From NCBI GenBank assembly GCA_963848975.1, contig CAWKFT010000016.1, positions 338,115-402,114 of the forward strand: a stretch of DNA of 64,000 bases. The letters run 5' to 3'. Positions 1-12,472 of this stretch are shown here, piece after piece. The notes below the pieces were generated by a model. It was not told where the DNA came from. It ran no database searches and was given only the letters and a program-made list of their open reading frames with translations. The stretch is from an uncultured Alphaproteobacteria bacterium (GTDB lineage Bacteria > Pseudomonadota > Alphaproteobacteria > Rhizobiales > Rhizobiaceae). The position numbers and the translations under genes were made by a program. Every line of letters begins with the position of its first letter. The first letter of the stretch is position 1.

Positions 1-370
1 CTCGCCAGGGCGGCCTGGACCTGCTTCAAGCCCCAGGCCCTTGCGATCCGGCCAGTAGAGGATGCGCTCCAGGCGGTTCGCCTCGGTCACCGGACCGAAG
101 CGGACGAGCTCGATGGCGCTCCAGGCCGCGACCGCGTCGGCGAAGGCGGCGCGCGCGGCGCCCAGCCGCTCGCCGGAGGGCGCGGCGCAGAGCCCGCCCA
201 CGGCCTGCGACAGTGCGGTTGTGGCGGCGTGGAAGCGCTGGTAGCCGGGCCGGATGAAGCCGTCGACGGCCTGCTGCACCACGAGCTGCGGCGACGCCGA
301 GGCGGCCGAGGGCCAGGCAGCGCCAAGGACGAGCAAAGCGGCGGCGAGGAGGGCAGCGGATCATGGGCAT
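1..370 (-). CDS. imelysin-like iron-regulated periplasmic protein, N-terminal part (C-terminus lies beyond window start; start/frame ambiguous)
   Basis: Minus-strand frame absent from the ORF track translates as SAALLAAALLVLGAAWPSAASASPQLVVQQAVDGFIRPGYQRFHAATTALSQAVGGLCAAPSGERLGAARAAFADAVAAWSAIELVRFGPVTEANRLERILYWPDRKGLG (signal peptide plus imelysin-like region). ATG at 370 overlaps the upstream stop (ATGA) but is one frame off. The start is either TTG 336 or an indel-shifted ATG 370. Another shift is likely near 33. Confidence 0.55.
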
Positions 371-1944
371 CAGAGCGACTCCAGGAAGGCGATGAGCGCG
401 GCGCGGTCCTTTGCCGGCAGGGCTGCGAAGCCGTCGCGCGCCTTGGTCGCCTCGCCGCCATGCCAGAGGATGGCCTCGGTGAGGTTGCGGGCGCGCCCGT
501 CGTGCAGGAAGAAGGTGTGGCCGTTGACGCGCTCGGTCAGGCCGATGCCCCAGAGCGGCGGGGTGCGCCATTCGCGCCCGTCGGCGTCGCCCACCTGCTG
601 GCCGTCGGCCAGGCCCTCGCCCATGTCGTGCAGCAGGAAATCCGAATAGGGCCAGATGAGCTGGAAGGCCTGCGCCTTGTCGGGCGCATCGCGGCGGGTG
701 ACGTATTTCGGCGTGTGGCAGGACACGCAGCCGAGCTCGTAGAAGAGCCGCTTGCCGTCGAGCACCTCGGGCTTGCCGGCGCCGCGGCGCGCCGGCACGG
801 CGAGGTTCTGGGCATAGAAGGTGACGAGGTCCATGACCGGCGGCGGCGCTTCGGCATCGCCGAGGCGCGGCTGGATGCCGGTCGGCAGGGCGCGGCAGGC
901 GGCCTCCGCCGCGGTGCAGTCGCCCCACGGCTTGGGCACCTCCGGCGTCGAGATGCCCATGTCGCCGGCGAAGGCCTCGGCCGTCTGCTGGCGGATCGAG
1001 GCGGTGGAGGCCTTCCAGCCGAAGCGGCCGAGCGCCAGGCCGCCGGTCGCCGCCGATCGCGCACGACGGACGCCTTGCCGGAGATGCCGTCGCCGTCGCG
1101 GTCGTCGGGATCGGCTTGCGCCAGGATGTCGGCCGGATGGATCTGCTCGACCAGCCCGAGCCCAATCATCGGCGGCGTCACCCTGGGCGACAAGGTCGTG
1201 CGCGGATGCATCGGCCCGGAGGCGAGCCGGTCGACGGCGTAGCTCGGGGCGCGCAGCGACACGGTGCTGCCGTCGCCGAGCGTCACCGGACGCTCCTCGT
1301 AGGCGATCGCTCATCTTGCCCTCGCCCGGCAGGCCCGGCACCGCGAGATCCTGGAGCTGGCTGCCATAGGTCGGGTCGGGCAGGTTGAGCACCGCCTTGG
1401 CGGCGACCGCCGCCTGCTCCTCGGCGGTCTCGGCCTGCCGGGCCAGGCGCAGGAACATCGAGGTGGCGTCGGCGCCGTTTTCCGGCGGGTGGCCGCGGCC
1501 ATCCTTCAGATGGCAGCTCTGGCAGGCGCGGGCGTTGAACAGCGGCCCGAGCCCGTCCGAGGCCTGGGTCGACGACGGCGACGACACCCAGACCTTGCGG
1601 AACAGGCCGTTGCCGAGCTTGAAGGTGCCTTCCTCCTCGAAGGTCAGATTGGCGGAAGACTGGGAGAACGCGTCCCGGTCGGCCCGCTTGCGGGACGTCG
1701 CGGCGCCGCCTTGCATGGTCTCGAAGGGTTCCGGCGCGGTGAAGTCGGCGGTCGGCTGGGTGACGCTGTCGACCCGCGCCAGATCCTTGGCCGACAGGTC
1801 GTGGCGGACGGTAGCGAGGCCGGGCCTGCTCGTCGGCGGAGGAGGCCGCGAGGAATGCGGCGGAAGCCGCCCAGCGGCGCGGAGCAGCGCGGCGGCAAGG
1901 GCCAGGAAAGGCGCGCGGCGCAGTCGTTCAGGCGCGCGCCGCAT
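370..1944 (-). pseudogene. di-haem cytochrome c peroxidase-like oxidoreductase (DUF1111 family); reading frame broken in this sequence
   Basis: Two CxxCH haem-c motifs (ACQSCHLKDGRGH, GCVSCHTPKY) and the DUF1111-like C-terminus FFLHDGRARNLTEAILWHGGEA. Similarity runs through ORFs 370..2367 and 537..1286, with shifts near 1300 and 1055. ATG at 1944 lies 12 nt after the bfr stop. Confidence 0.8.
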
Positions 1945-1955
1945 CCGCCATGGCC

Positions 1956-2441
1956 TTACTCGACGTCCTTCGCGGACGCCGCATTGAGGAGGCCGTAGCG
2001 CTCCTCGCCGATCGAATCGAGCAGATCGAGCTGCGTCTCCAGGAAGTCGATGTGCCCCTCCTCGTCCTTGAGCAGGTCCTCGAACAGGTTCATCGTCACG
2101 TAGTCGCCGAGCTCCTGGCAGATCTCGCGCGACTTCTTGTAGGACGTGCGGGCGTCGTATTCGCCGGCCAGGTCCGCCTCCAGCACCTCGCGGACGTTCT
2201 GGCCGATGCGCAAGGGCGAGACCGTCTGGAGGTTGGGATGGCCCTCCAGGAAGATGATCCGCTCGATGATCTTGTCGGCGTGATGCATTTCCTCGATCGA
2301 CTCCTCGCGCTCCTTCTTGGCGAGCTTGAAAAAACCCCAGTCCTCGAGCAGCCGGTAGTGCAGCCAATACTGGTTCACCGCCCCGAGCTCCAGAAACAGA
2401 GCCTCGTTAAGCCGCTCGATGACCTGAATTTCGCCTTTCAT
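1956..2441 (-). CDS. bfr: bacterioferritin
   Basis: Intact 161-aa [40 protein letters not shown]...[15 protein letters not shown], the classic Bfr ferroxidase-centre pattern. Confidence 0.95.
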   Translation of the reverse strand: MKGEIQVIERLNEALFLELGAVNQYWLHYRLLEDWGFFKLAKKEREESIEEMHHADKIIERIIFLEGHPNLQTVSPLRIGQNVREVLEADLAGEYDARTSYKKSREICQELGDYVTMNLFEDLLKDEEGHIDFLETQLDLLDSIGEERYGLLNAASAKDVE

Positions 2442-2718
2442 GGGCCCTGCTCCCGTATTGGGTCCTCAGCCCGCGGACGCGGTCGAGGTGTGAAACGATC
2501 TCCGCGCCGCTCGCCTCCGAGCGCGCGTGGTAGTTTTCGGTGACCCGAATGATCGTTTCGACCACATTTGGGAAGCAGCCGCAACAGCGACCTCGCTTCT
2601 GCAGCGAGTGATAGACCTTGGCGGGCACGATCAGCGTCCAGGGGTCCTGGTCGAGAAGCCCGACAATCGTCTCTTCGATCTCCTTCTCGGTAATGAGGTT
2701 GCAGTGGCAGATCAGCAT
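2407..2718 (-). CDS. bfd: bacterioferritin-associated ferredoxin (2Fe-2S)
   Basis: N-terminus [16 protein letters not shown]...[11 protein letters not shown] carries the Bfd Cys pattern and sits directly upstream of bfr. The C-terminus is uncertain: another frame ends ...EQGP with a TGA overlapping the bfr ATG (ATGA), so an indel may have moved the stop. Confidence 0.8.
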   Translation of the reverse strand: MLICHCNLITEKEIEETIVGLLDQDPWTLIVPAKVYHSLQKRGRCCGCFPNVVETIIRVTENYHARSEASGAEIVSHLDRVRGLRTQYGSRAHERRNSGHRAA

Positions 2719-2781
2719 TTCCGACTCTAACTCGATGGCTGGCGGCGCCGCGCCGCGACGCCGATTGGCTGGCCCCGCAGC

Positions 2782-4081
<1,300 letters not shown>

Positions 4082-4382
4082 GTTCCTCTCCTCAGATGAG
4101 CGGCCGCGCCTGCGGCGCGAGCGAAAACGGCGACGAATTGAGACAGGGCTGGAACCGAAGGATTGGAGCAGCGCGTGCGGCGGGCAATGGCGACCGCCCC
4201 GGACTCAGCCGGCTGGCCCGCGCCGATGCGCGGCGGAATCGGTCGCCCCATCGCAGCCTCCAATCGAAAGGGTTCAAGGCCCTGACATCAAAGGGGTGCG
4301 GCCCGCAGGCCGCGCTGCCAGTAAGCCGCTTCGGCTGGCGAAGTCAACCGAAATCGCTCGAAAATGCGTATGACTTCAATAG

Positions 4383-4399
4383 GTTAGAATTATTCTAAA
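4383..4399. promoter_or_regulatory. Irr-type iron control element (ICE)-like palindrome
   Basis: GTTAGAATTATTCTAAA matches TTTAGAA-N3-TTCTAAA at 16 of 17 positions. The core TTAGAAT-T-ATTCTAA (4384-4398) is a perfect palindrome. It lies in the intergenic region upstream of the imelysin-bfd-bfr operon. Confidence 0.6.
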
Positions 4400-4432
4400 C
4401 TGTCAAGGTCAACTTTTATGGAGAGGCCCCGC

Positions 4433-4853
4433 CTAACGGCTGATGACGCTGCCCAGGCCCATGCCCTTGGCCAGCTCGGAGCGCCGCGCGGCATAGTTGG
4501 GCGCCACCATCGGATAGTCGGGCGGCAGGTTCCATTTGCGGCGGTAGTCCTCCGGCGTCATGTGGTAGCGGCTGCGCAAGATGCCGCTTCAACGACTTGA
4601 ACTTCCGCCCGTCCTCCAGACAGACCAGATAGTCCGGGTGGACCGACTTCTTCGGCGGCACGGCCGGCACCGGCGCCGACAGCGGCAGGTCGCGCTCCGA
4701 TCTGAGGCCCATCAGCGCGTGATGGACGTCGGCGATCAGAGTCGACAGCTGGGTGATCGGAACCGAATTGTTTGAAACATAGGCGGCGACGATATCCGCG
4801 GCCACCGAGACATCCTTGTCACTCATCGGAGTATGGCTCATGCGCTGCAGCAT
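4433..4853 (-). pseudogene. mucR: MucR/Ros family zinc-finger transcriptional regulator; one extra base near 4580
   Basis: AADIVAAYVSNNSVPITQLSTLIADVHHAL...[24 protein letters not shown] in ORF 4416..4853, then +1 frame gives [48 protein letters not shown] with stop at 4433. Start codon among M1/M5/M10 is uncertain. Confidence 0.85.
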
Positions 4854-5084
4854 CCCATGAAAGGAAAGTCGATATTAGCGCATTTAGCATGACGAAGCTG
4901 AAACTCATAGATGCCTGTGAACAGGTTCTGAGTAAGATTTTCTTAACCACGACAATTTAAACTTTTTATAGAGAAAAGTCTCATTTTGGGACATCTGAAC
5001 GCAACCTTCAAAGGCTGTGCCGTTTCTCTGATCGGCACTCATGAGCCTGCGTTGTGTTCGAATGAGCTCATGGAAGGATACCCG

Positions 5085-5204
5085 ATGACCTCCTACAACT
5101 GGGACGCGCCTCCGCCTTCGTGGCAGAAGCGCTCGATCTTGGCGATTCTCTTGGCGGTCGTGCTGGGAGCGCTGTTCCTGGCGTTTGGCGGGATGCCGGG
5201 GTGA
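5085..5204 (+). CDS. possible small membrane protein (39 aa)
   Basis: GGAAGGA Shine-Dalgarno 7 nt before the ATG. MTSYNWDAPPPSWQKRSILAILLAVVLGALFLAFGGMPG has one hydrophobic helix. No homologue recognised. Confidence 0.3.
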   Translation: MTSYNWDAPPPSWQKRSILAILLAVVLGALFLAFGGMPG

Positions 5205-5434
5205 GCCGTCCGGCGCGGCGGGGGCGCTAACCTTACCGGGTAGGGTTAAGCAAGCGTTTCGATGGCGTCGCTCTGCGAAGTCCGGCATGACCAAGCCGGG
5301 CGCGAGGACCCAGGGCGACGAGCGGGTATCTAGGGTACGTCGTCTTCTCGCGCCCACCCGGGTGCGCCCGGTCGGCGTGCGGGTGGGGACGGGCTCGGCC
5401 GGGCGCAATCGCGGCGACGACGTATCGAGGATGA

Positions 5435-5798
<364 letters not shown>

Positions 5799-5800
<2 letters not shown>

Positions 5801-5819
5801 AGGCGGCTCTCGCCTTTTT
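5799..5819 (+). terminator. intrinsic terminator-like hairpin with T-run
   Basis: aggcg-gctct-cgcct stem-loop followed by ttttt, starting at the stop codon of 5573..5800. Confidence 0.5.
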
Positions 5820-5947
5820 CCGGCGGCCGCGCGGGGCGAACGGTTTTCGCAGGTTTCGCCGAGATTTCCCAAATCGCACTGGACAATTTCCGGCCGCTGC
5901 CGCAATCCTTCGAGGACTGACTCACGGCTTCCAACAGGAGGACGCAT

Positions 5948-6175
5948 ATGCCTGGCGATCGAGAGAGCCGCATCCGCGATAAGGCACATGAGCTTTGGGA
6001 GAAAGAGGGACGCCCGCACGGGTCCGACAAGCGCCACTGGGAGCAAGCGGAGCGCGAGGTCGGGGGCGGCGAGGCGGCACCGGGCAAGCCGTCCCGTGCC
6101 AAGCCGGGCGCCAAGCCGGCAATCGCGCCTGCGGCGACAAAGCCGAAGGCGAGCCGGGCCAAGAAGCCGTCCTGA
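5948..6175 (+). CDS. DUF2934 domain protein
   Basis: AGGAGG Shine-Dalgarno. RIRDKAHELWEKEGRPHGSDKRHWEQAEREV is the DUF2934 signature, followed by a Lys/Pro/Ala-rich tail. Confidence 0.8.
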   Translation: MPGDRESRIRDKAHELWEKEGRPHGSDKRHWEQAEREVGGGEAAPGKPSRAKPGAKPAIAPAATKPKASRAKKPS

Positions 6176-6531
6176 GCGGCCTAACGGGCCCGCCTACCGG
6201 GAGGCGGGGGCTTCCCTTACCAGCGAAACTCGCGAGCCAGGCGTTGCGCTGCCCGGTGGTAGCGAAGCATGTCGCGGTAGAACGCCTTGCGCACGGCGCG
6301 GAGCTGTGCGGCGTGCAGCCAATCGGTGCGGCAGCAGCCGACGCGTGGCGCGCACCACCTTGCGTGGGCTCGCCCGAACGGTCAGGCCAAGGCTGTGATA
6401 GGTATCGAGGCTCACGCGAGCAACCTCAATCCGGCTCTCCGGCATCATCAACCATCTTGAGTGCCAAGGAGTTCCCGACCGGGCATCCGAATCGTCAGGT
6501 CGAGCGACGGCGCAGCGCGCCGGCGCCGCGG

Positions 6532-7523
6532 CTAGTAGCCGCCGACGATCGGCAGGATCTCTCCCGTGATGTAGCTGGAGCAGTGAGGCGAGGCCAGGAA
6601 GACGTAGGCCGGGGCGATCTCCTCCGGCTGTGCGGGCCGTTTCATCGGCGTTTGCGAGCCGAACTTGGAGACGTCCTCGGCTTGCTTGTCCGACGGGTTC
6701 AGCGGCGTCCACACCGGGCCGGGCGCCACGCAGTTCACCCGGATGCCCTTGTCGACGAGGCTGCCGGCGAGCGCGCGGGTGAAGGCATGGATGCCGCCCT
6801 TGGTCATCGAATAGTCGAGCAGCTCCTTGGAGCCCTCGATGCCCGTCACGGAGCCGGTGTTGACGATCGCCGAGCCGGGCTTCATGCGCGGCACCGCGGC
6901 CTGCGCCATGTGGAAATAGCCGTAGAGGTTGGTCTTCAGCGTCAGGTCGAAATGCTCCGGCGTCAGGTCCTCCAACCGCTTGGCGTGGACCTGGAACGCC
7001 GCGTTGTTGACCAGCACGTCGAGCCGGCCGAGCGCCTCCACGGTGGCCGCCACCGCCTCGCGGCAATAGTCGCGGTCGGCGACGTCGCCGGGCAGGAGGA
7101 TGCAAGCCCTGCCTTCCGCCTCGACCGCCTTCTTGGTCGTCTCGGCGTCGGCCTGCTCGGCCTCCAGGTAGCCGATCGCGACGTCGGCGCCCTCGCGGGC
7201 GAAGAGCACGGCCACGGCGCGGCCGATGCCCGAAATCGCCGCCGGTGATCAGCGCGACCTTGCCGTCGAGCTTGCCGGAGCCGCGATAGAAGGGCGCGTC
7301 GTACATCGGCTTGGGCTCGAGCTTGCGCTCGGCACCCGGCTTCGGCTGGTGCTGCGGCGGGAAAGGCGGCGTCGGGATAGCGGCGGGCGCCGGCCTGCAT
7401 GGCGTCGCCCTTGCTCTTGGCGGACTTGCCGCGTGAAGCGTCCTTGCCGTCGACCTCCTGCTGGACGTCGCGCTGCTTCGCTTCGGCTGCAGCCGAACGG
7501 TTCTTGTTGCCGGAGCCTTCCAT
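6532..7523 (-). pseudogene. SDR family oxidoreductase of the YghA / general stress protein 39 type; two frame changes (about 7380 and 7225)
   Basis: Charged N-terminal extension MEGSGNKNRSAAAEAKQRD..., then YDAPFYRGSGKLDGKVALITGGD, then (after an extra t) SGIGRAVAVLFAREGADVAI...NNAAFQ...YSMTKGG...ITGEILPIVGGY across ORFs 6963..7523, 6194..7306 and 6532..7215. Confidence 0.85.
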
Positions 7524-7565
7524 GGTCGTCAGCCTCTCATCGAGCGATTGGGGGTCATGGATGGC

Positions 7566-7590
7566 AACGCCGCAGCCGGCGAATTGATCC
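7566..7590 (-). promoter_or_regulatory. possible EcfG-type promoter (one mismatch: GGATC-N16-CGTT)
   Basis: Plus strand reads AACG-N16-GATCC, lying 43-67 nt upstream of the SDR start at 7523. One -35 mismatch, so weak on its own. Confidence 0.3.
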
Positions 7591-7715
7591 GCCGGGCGCG
7601 TGAAGAGCGCCGGCTGTCACAGAAAAGCTGCGGCAAGAGCGGCGAATCTGCGATAACCTTCGTGGGTCGCGGCCGCCCGGCGGCTGCGGCGGGGTCCGAG
7701 ACGGGGAAGGACGCG

Positions 7716-8350
7716 ATGCAGGCGCAGGTGATGGCCCGCATGGGAGCGGAGCGGTTCCGGCTTTGTCGCCGGGGCGCCGCCGCGGCCGTTGCCGCGGCCC
7801 TGGTCGTCGTCGCCGGCGCCTCGGCGGTCGGCGGCGCCGGCAAGGCGGAGAGCGCGCTGTTCTCGCCGCGCATGCTGTGGACCTACGTCACGGGTGGGCC
7901 GGCGCTGAGCGGCTATTCGCGCGCCATGACGCAATATCGCCTGCTGCTGGAGCGGTCGCTCGGCAGCATCGGCGTCGCCGGGCTGATCAATCCGGCCGAC
8001 TACGGCGACGCGCGCTGGACGTGGCGGGCCGAAACGGCAGCCTGATCCGCCGGCTCGACGACGGCCGCTTTGCGGTGACGGAGGGCAATTGCGTGAGCAG
8101 CCTCTGCCGCGAGCTGTTCTGCTACGACGCCGGATGGCCGATGTTCATGTGCGACGACGGCTCGACGCGCAAGATGTCGGCGCCCAACTTCGCCACCGTG
8201 GTGTTCGACGGCGTCACCTTCACGCGCACCGCGCCGGCGACGGTGGCCGTCCCGGAGGAGGGTGACGATCTCGAAGCGCCGCCGGCCGAGGCAGGCGACG
8301 CCGGAGGCCGCGCCGGCCGAGACCGGAGCCGCCGCCGGCCGCTGCGGCCG
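7716..8350 (+). pseudogene. hypothetical secreted Cys-containing protein; frame change near 8000-8030, 3' end unresolved
   Basis: MQAQVMARMGAERFRLCRRGAAAAVAAALVVVAGASAVGGAG signal-like N-terminus (ORF 7548..8045) continues in ORF 7763..8692 as LDVAGRNGSLIRRLDDGRFAVTEGNCVSSLCRELFCYDAGWPMFMCDDGSTRKM. No clear stop before the LacI gene. Confidence 0.45.
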
Positions 8351-8366
8351 ACTGACGGCGATCGCC

Positions 8367-9446
8367 ATGGCGCGACGGCACGACCCAGCCCAGGAAGACA
8401 ATGCCGGCGGCGCCGGCCGGCGGCCGTCGCGGCGCGGCGGCGGGCGTCCGACGCTCGCCGACGTGGCGCGGCTGGCCGGGGTGGGCGCCATCACCGTGTC
8501 GCGGGCGCTGCGCGAGCCGGACCGCGTGTCCGTTACGCTGCGCGCGCAGATCGACGCGGCGGTGCGGGCGCTGGGCTACGTGCCCGACCGCAATGCGCGG
8601 GCGCTGGCCTCGGCGCGCGCCGACGTGGTCGGCGTTCTGGTCCCCTCGCTCACCAACAACGTCTTTGCCGACGTGGTGCGCGGCATCTATGACGGGCTGG
8701 TCGACACCCGCTTCCAGATCCAGATCGGCCACACCCACTATTCCGGGCTGGAGGAGGAGCGGCTGCTCAAGGTGTTCCTCGGCCAGCGGCCGGCGGCGCT
8801 GATCGTCTCCGGCATCGACCAGACGCCGCAGACGCGGACGCTGCTCGAGGCGGCGGGCTGCCCGGTCGTCCAGATCATGGAGGCCGGGCCCGATCCGGTC
8901 GACATGTGCGTCGGCTTCTCGCATTTCGACGGCGGCCGCGCGGCCACCGAGCACATGCTGTCGCGCGGCTATCGGCGGATCGGCTTCATCGGCGCGCGCA
9001 TGGACCCGCGCTCGCAGCGCCGGCTGGCGGGGTATCGGCAGGCGATGGAGGCGGCCGGCCTGTTCGAGCCGCGGCTGGTGAGCACCACGCCGATCCCCTC
9101 CAGCGTGTCGCTCGGCCGCGAGCTGCTGCGCGACGCGCTGGCGCGGGTGCCGACGATCGACGGCGTGTTCTGCAACAATGACGACCTGGCGCTCGGCGTG
9201 CTGTTCGAATGCCACTATGCGTCGCTCGGCGTGCCGCGGCAGATCGGCATCTGCGGCTTCAACGACCTGGACATGATGCAGGTCGCCTACCCGTCGATCA
9301 CCAGCGTGCGCACCCATCGCTACGACATCGGCTACCGCGCCGCGGCGATGGTCAAGGCGGCGATGCGCGGCGAGCCCGTCGAGGAGCGCATCGTCGACCT
9401 GGGGTTCGAGGTGGTGGCCCGCGACAGCACTGCCGGCCCCATGTAG
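8367..9446 (+). CDS. LacI family transcriptional regulator (GntR-type gluconate repressor-like)
   Basis: HTH TLADVARLAGVGAITVSRALREPDRVS plus a periplasmic-binding-fold core. Intact. ATG at 8367 chosen within ORF 8262..9446. Confidence 0.9.
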   Translation: MARRHDPAQEDNAGGAGRRPSRRGGGRPTLADVARLAGVGAITVSRALREPDRVSVTLRAQIDAAVRALGYVPDRNARALASARADVVGVLVPSLTNNVFADVVRGIYDGLVDTRFQIQIGHTHYSGLEEERLLKVFLGQRPAALIVSGIDQTPQTRTLLEAAGCPVVQIMEAGPDPVDMCVGFSHFDGGRAATEHMLSRGYRRIGFIGARMDPRSQRRLAGYRQAMEAAGLFEPRLVSTTPIPSSVSLGRELLRDALARVPTIDGVFCNNDDLALGVLFECHYASLGVPRQIGICGFNDLDMMQVAYPSITSVRTHRYDIGYRAAAMVKAAMRGEPVEERIVDLGFEVVARDSTAGPM

Positions 9447-9507
9447 TCGGCAGGCCAATCCTTGCCTCGACTTTCCAATTCAAGAACAGCTGTCTTTACA
9501 GACGCTC

Positions 9508-9523
9508 ATGGTAGCGCTACCAT
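9508..9523. promoter_or_regulatory. LacI-family operator-like perfect palindrome
   Basis: ATGGTAGCGCTACCAT is a 16-bp perfect inverted repeat with a central CG, lying between the LacI gene and the ABC operon. Confidence 0.6.
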
Positions 9524-9699
9524 CTTTGCCGACGTGACATTGGGAGGAGACCGATGGCGTCGTCGGGAAGTAATCGGGACACGTCTTCTGCAGACTTTGG
9601 TTGACGACTGGCGTCGCTGCTTTCGGGAGCGGCGCGAACGGTCTGTTGCGGAGTGCCTCGACTGCATCCACCTGATCGCAGCTCGTTGGGAGGAAATCC

Positions 9700-10830
9700 A
9701 TGATCAAGAAACTCGCGGGCGGCCTGGTGGCCGCCACCGCGCTGGCGCTTCTTTCGACGTCGGCCATCGCCGACCCCGAGATCGTCAGCGGACCTGCCGC
9801 CGAAGCGGAGTGCTTCGTTCCGTGGGCGGCGGAGACCAAGTTCTTCAAGTATCCGAAGAAAGAAGGGCCGTACCGGATCGCGCTCGCCAACGGCTACATC
9901 GCCAACACCTGGCGCATCCAGATGATCAAGACGGCCAAGGCCTATGCGGCGCAGCCCGACGTGGCCGCCAAGCTGAAGGAGTTCAAGGTCGTCTCGACCG
10001 GCGAGGACGTGGCGGCGCAGATCTCGGCGATCAACAACTTCATCGACTCCGGCTATCGACGCCGTCGTCGTCAACGCGCAGAACCCGACGGCCTTCGCGC
10101 CGGTGATCAAGCGCGCCAAGGAGGCCGGCGTGGTCCTGGTCGCCTTCGACAACATCCTCGACACCGAAGACGCCATCAACGTCAACGTCGACCAGAAGGG
10201 CCTCGGCGTGCTGTGGGCCGAACTGGCTGGTCAAGAACCTGCCCGAACGGCGGCAAGGTCCTCGAGGTGCGCGGCGTGGCCGGCACGTCGGTCGACCGCG
10301 ACCGCCACGACGGCATCCACGAGACCTTCGAGGCCACCGGCAAGAAGTGGGACGTCGTCGAGGTGATCGGCAAGTGGGACGACCCGACGGCGCAGAAGGT
10401 GACGGCCGACGCCATCGCCGTGCACAAGAAGTTCGACGGCATCACCGCGCAGGGCGGCGACACCGGCGTCGTGCAGGCGATGATCGACGCCAAGCATCCG
10501 TTCGTGCCGTTCGGCGGCGAGACCGAGAACGGCTTCCGCAAGTTCTGCGCCAAGTATCGCGGGCGAAGGGCTGAAATGCTCGTCGGCCGGCACCGGCCCG
10601 GCCCAGGTGGCGGTGGCGATCAAGACGGCGATCGCCGCGCTCGAAGGCCAGGTCGTGCCGCAATCGGTCAAGCTGCCGCTGGCCATCGTCGAGGATCCGA
10701 ACTTCAAGGAAGGCGCAGGACTTCTATCCCGACCAGTCCGACAATTTCTTCGTCGGCAACGCCTTCCCGACCTGCGGCATCAACTTCACCGCCCAGGAAA
10801 TCATGGGACAGACCGAAGGCGAACCAGTAG
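9700..10830 (+). pseudogene. sugar ABC transporter substrate-binding protein (RbsB-like); about six +1 frame changes
   Basis: MIKKLAGGLVAATALALLSTSAIA signal peptide. Similarity hops frames: ...INNFIDSGY | DAVVVNAQNPTAFAPVIKRAKEAGVVLVAFDN | WLVKNLP | NGGKVLEVRGVAGTSVDRDRHDG... | AVAIKTAIAALEG | FYPDQSDNFFVGNAFPTCGINF. Confidence 0.85.
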
Positions 10831-10905
10831 GCGCGGGCGCGGAGCCCGACCTACGCCAACCCGGCGCTGCAGGCCTCCTGCAGCGCCGCTTTCCGCGGGA
10901 CCACC

Positions 10906-12472
10906 ATGGATCCACACCCGTCGCGCCACCGCTGTTTCGCATGGAGGGCGTCTCCAAGCGCTACGGCGGCGTGCGCGCGCTGCGAGAATGCCGAGCTGAC
11001 CGTCGAGGCGGGCCGCATCCACGCCATCCTGGGCGAGAACGGCGCCGGCAAGTCGACGCTGATCAAGATCATGGCCGGCGTGGTCGCCGCCCGACGCGGG
11101 CCGCATGCTGCTCGACGGGACGCGAGGTGACCTTCGCCTCGCCGGCGGCGGCAGCCGCGGCCGGCATCGCCTGCGTGTTCCAGGAGCTGTCGCTGGTGCC
11201 CGACCTGTCGGTGGCCGACAACATCGCCATCGAGCGATCCGCCGCGGCGCTTCGGGCTGATCGACCGCGCGCGCGCAGCGGCGGCTCGCCGAGGAGGCGC
11301 TGGCGCGCGCCGGCGCCGAGGACATCCATCCGCGCGCCCGCGTCAAGGACCTGCCGCTGTCGCGCCGCCAGATGGTCGAGATCGCCAAGGCGCTGGCGCT
11401 GCAAGCCGCGCATCCTCATCCTCGACGAGGCGACCTCGGCGCTCACCGCCAGCGACGTCGCCAAGGTGTTCGCCGTCCTGAAGCGGCTCGCGCCAGGAGG
11501 GCCTGGCGCTGCTCTACATCTCGCACCGCATGCACGAGATCGCCGAGCTGGCGGACGAGTGCACGGTGTTCCGCAACGGCCGCAACGTCGCCAGCTATCC
11601 GCGCCGGCACCAAGACCGACGACGAGGTCGTCGAGCTGATGATCGGCCGCGAATACCGGCACGTCTTTCCGGCCAAGCCGCCGGCGGTGCGCGAGACCGC
11701 CGTGCCCGGTGCTCGAGTGCCGCGGCCTCACCTGGGGCGAGCGGCTCACCGACATCTCGCTGACGCGTGCGGCCGGGCGAGGTGGTCGGGCTCGGCGGGC
11801 TCGACGGCCAGGGCCAGCGCGAGCTGCTGCTGGCGCTGTTCGGCGTGCTGCGCGGCACCACCGGCGAGGTGCTGGTCGACGGCCGGCCGGTGTCGATCGC
11901 CGGCCCGCGGCGGCGCGCAAGCGCGGCGATCGGCATGGCGCTGATCCCCGAAGACCGCAAGACCGAGGGGCTGATGCTGCCGATGTCGGTGCGCGACAAC
12001 CTCACCTTCGCGGCGCTCGACAAGGTGTCGCGGTGCGGGGTCATCGACCGCGAGGCCGAAGACCGGCTGATCGCCGAGATGGTCGAGCTGCTGGCCATCA
12101 AGGCGGCCAGCCTGGAGGCGCCGGTCGGCGCGCTGTCCGGCGGCAACCAGCAGAAGGTGGTGATCGCCAAATGGCTGATGCGGCGGCCGCGCATCATGCT
12201 GCTCAACGATCCGACCCGCGGCATCGATGTCGGCACCAAGCAGGAGATGTACCGGCTGCTGCGGCGGCTGGCCGAAGCCGGCGCGGCGATCCTCTTCTAC
12301 TCCACCGACTATGACGAGCTGATCGGCTGCTGCGACCGGGTGCTCGTGCTCTATGACGGCCGCGATCGGCCGCGAGCTCAAGGGCGAGGCGCTCACCGAG
12401 CACGCGCTGATCGCCAGCGCGCTCAACATCGGCGACCAGGGGGCGGCCGGGCGGCCGGGGGCGGCAGAATGA
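10906..12472 (+). pseudogene. sugar ABC transporter ATP-binding protein (two NBDs); about eleven +1 frame changes
   Basis: [87 protein letters not shown] and LLNDPTRGIDVG are spread over all three frames. The stop TGA overlaps the next ATG (ATGA at 12469). The start is uncertain (10906 or 10941). Confidence 0.85.

Noticed and set aside
26-1165. 379-aa minus-strand ORF spanning the first two genes
   Set aside because: It is Arg/Pro/Gly-rich and out of frame with both the DUF1111 similarity and the imelysin-like signal peptide frame.
6189-6208. Hairpin cccgcc-N8-ggcggg after the DUF2934 gene as a terminator
   Set aside because: It has only a 6-bp stem and no T-run, so it is not distinctive in DNA of this G+C content.
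6218-6448. About 76-aa minus-strand ORF (MMPESRIEVARVSLDTYHSLGLTVRASPRKVV...) with a faint J-domain-like start
   Set aside because: It needs a frame change to reach a plausible end (…AFYRDMLRYHRAAQRLAREFRW). It has no HPD motif, no Shine-Dalgarno and no recognisable family, so the evidence is too weak to call.
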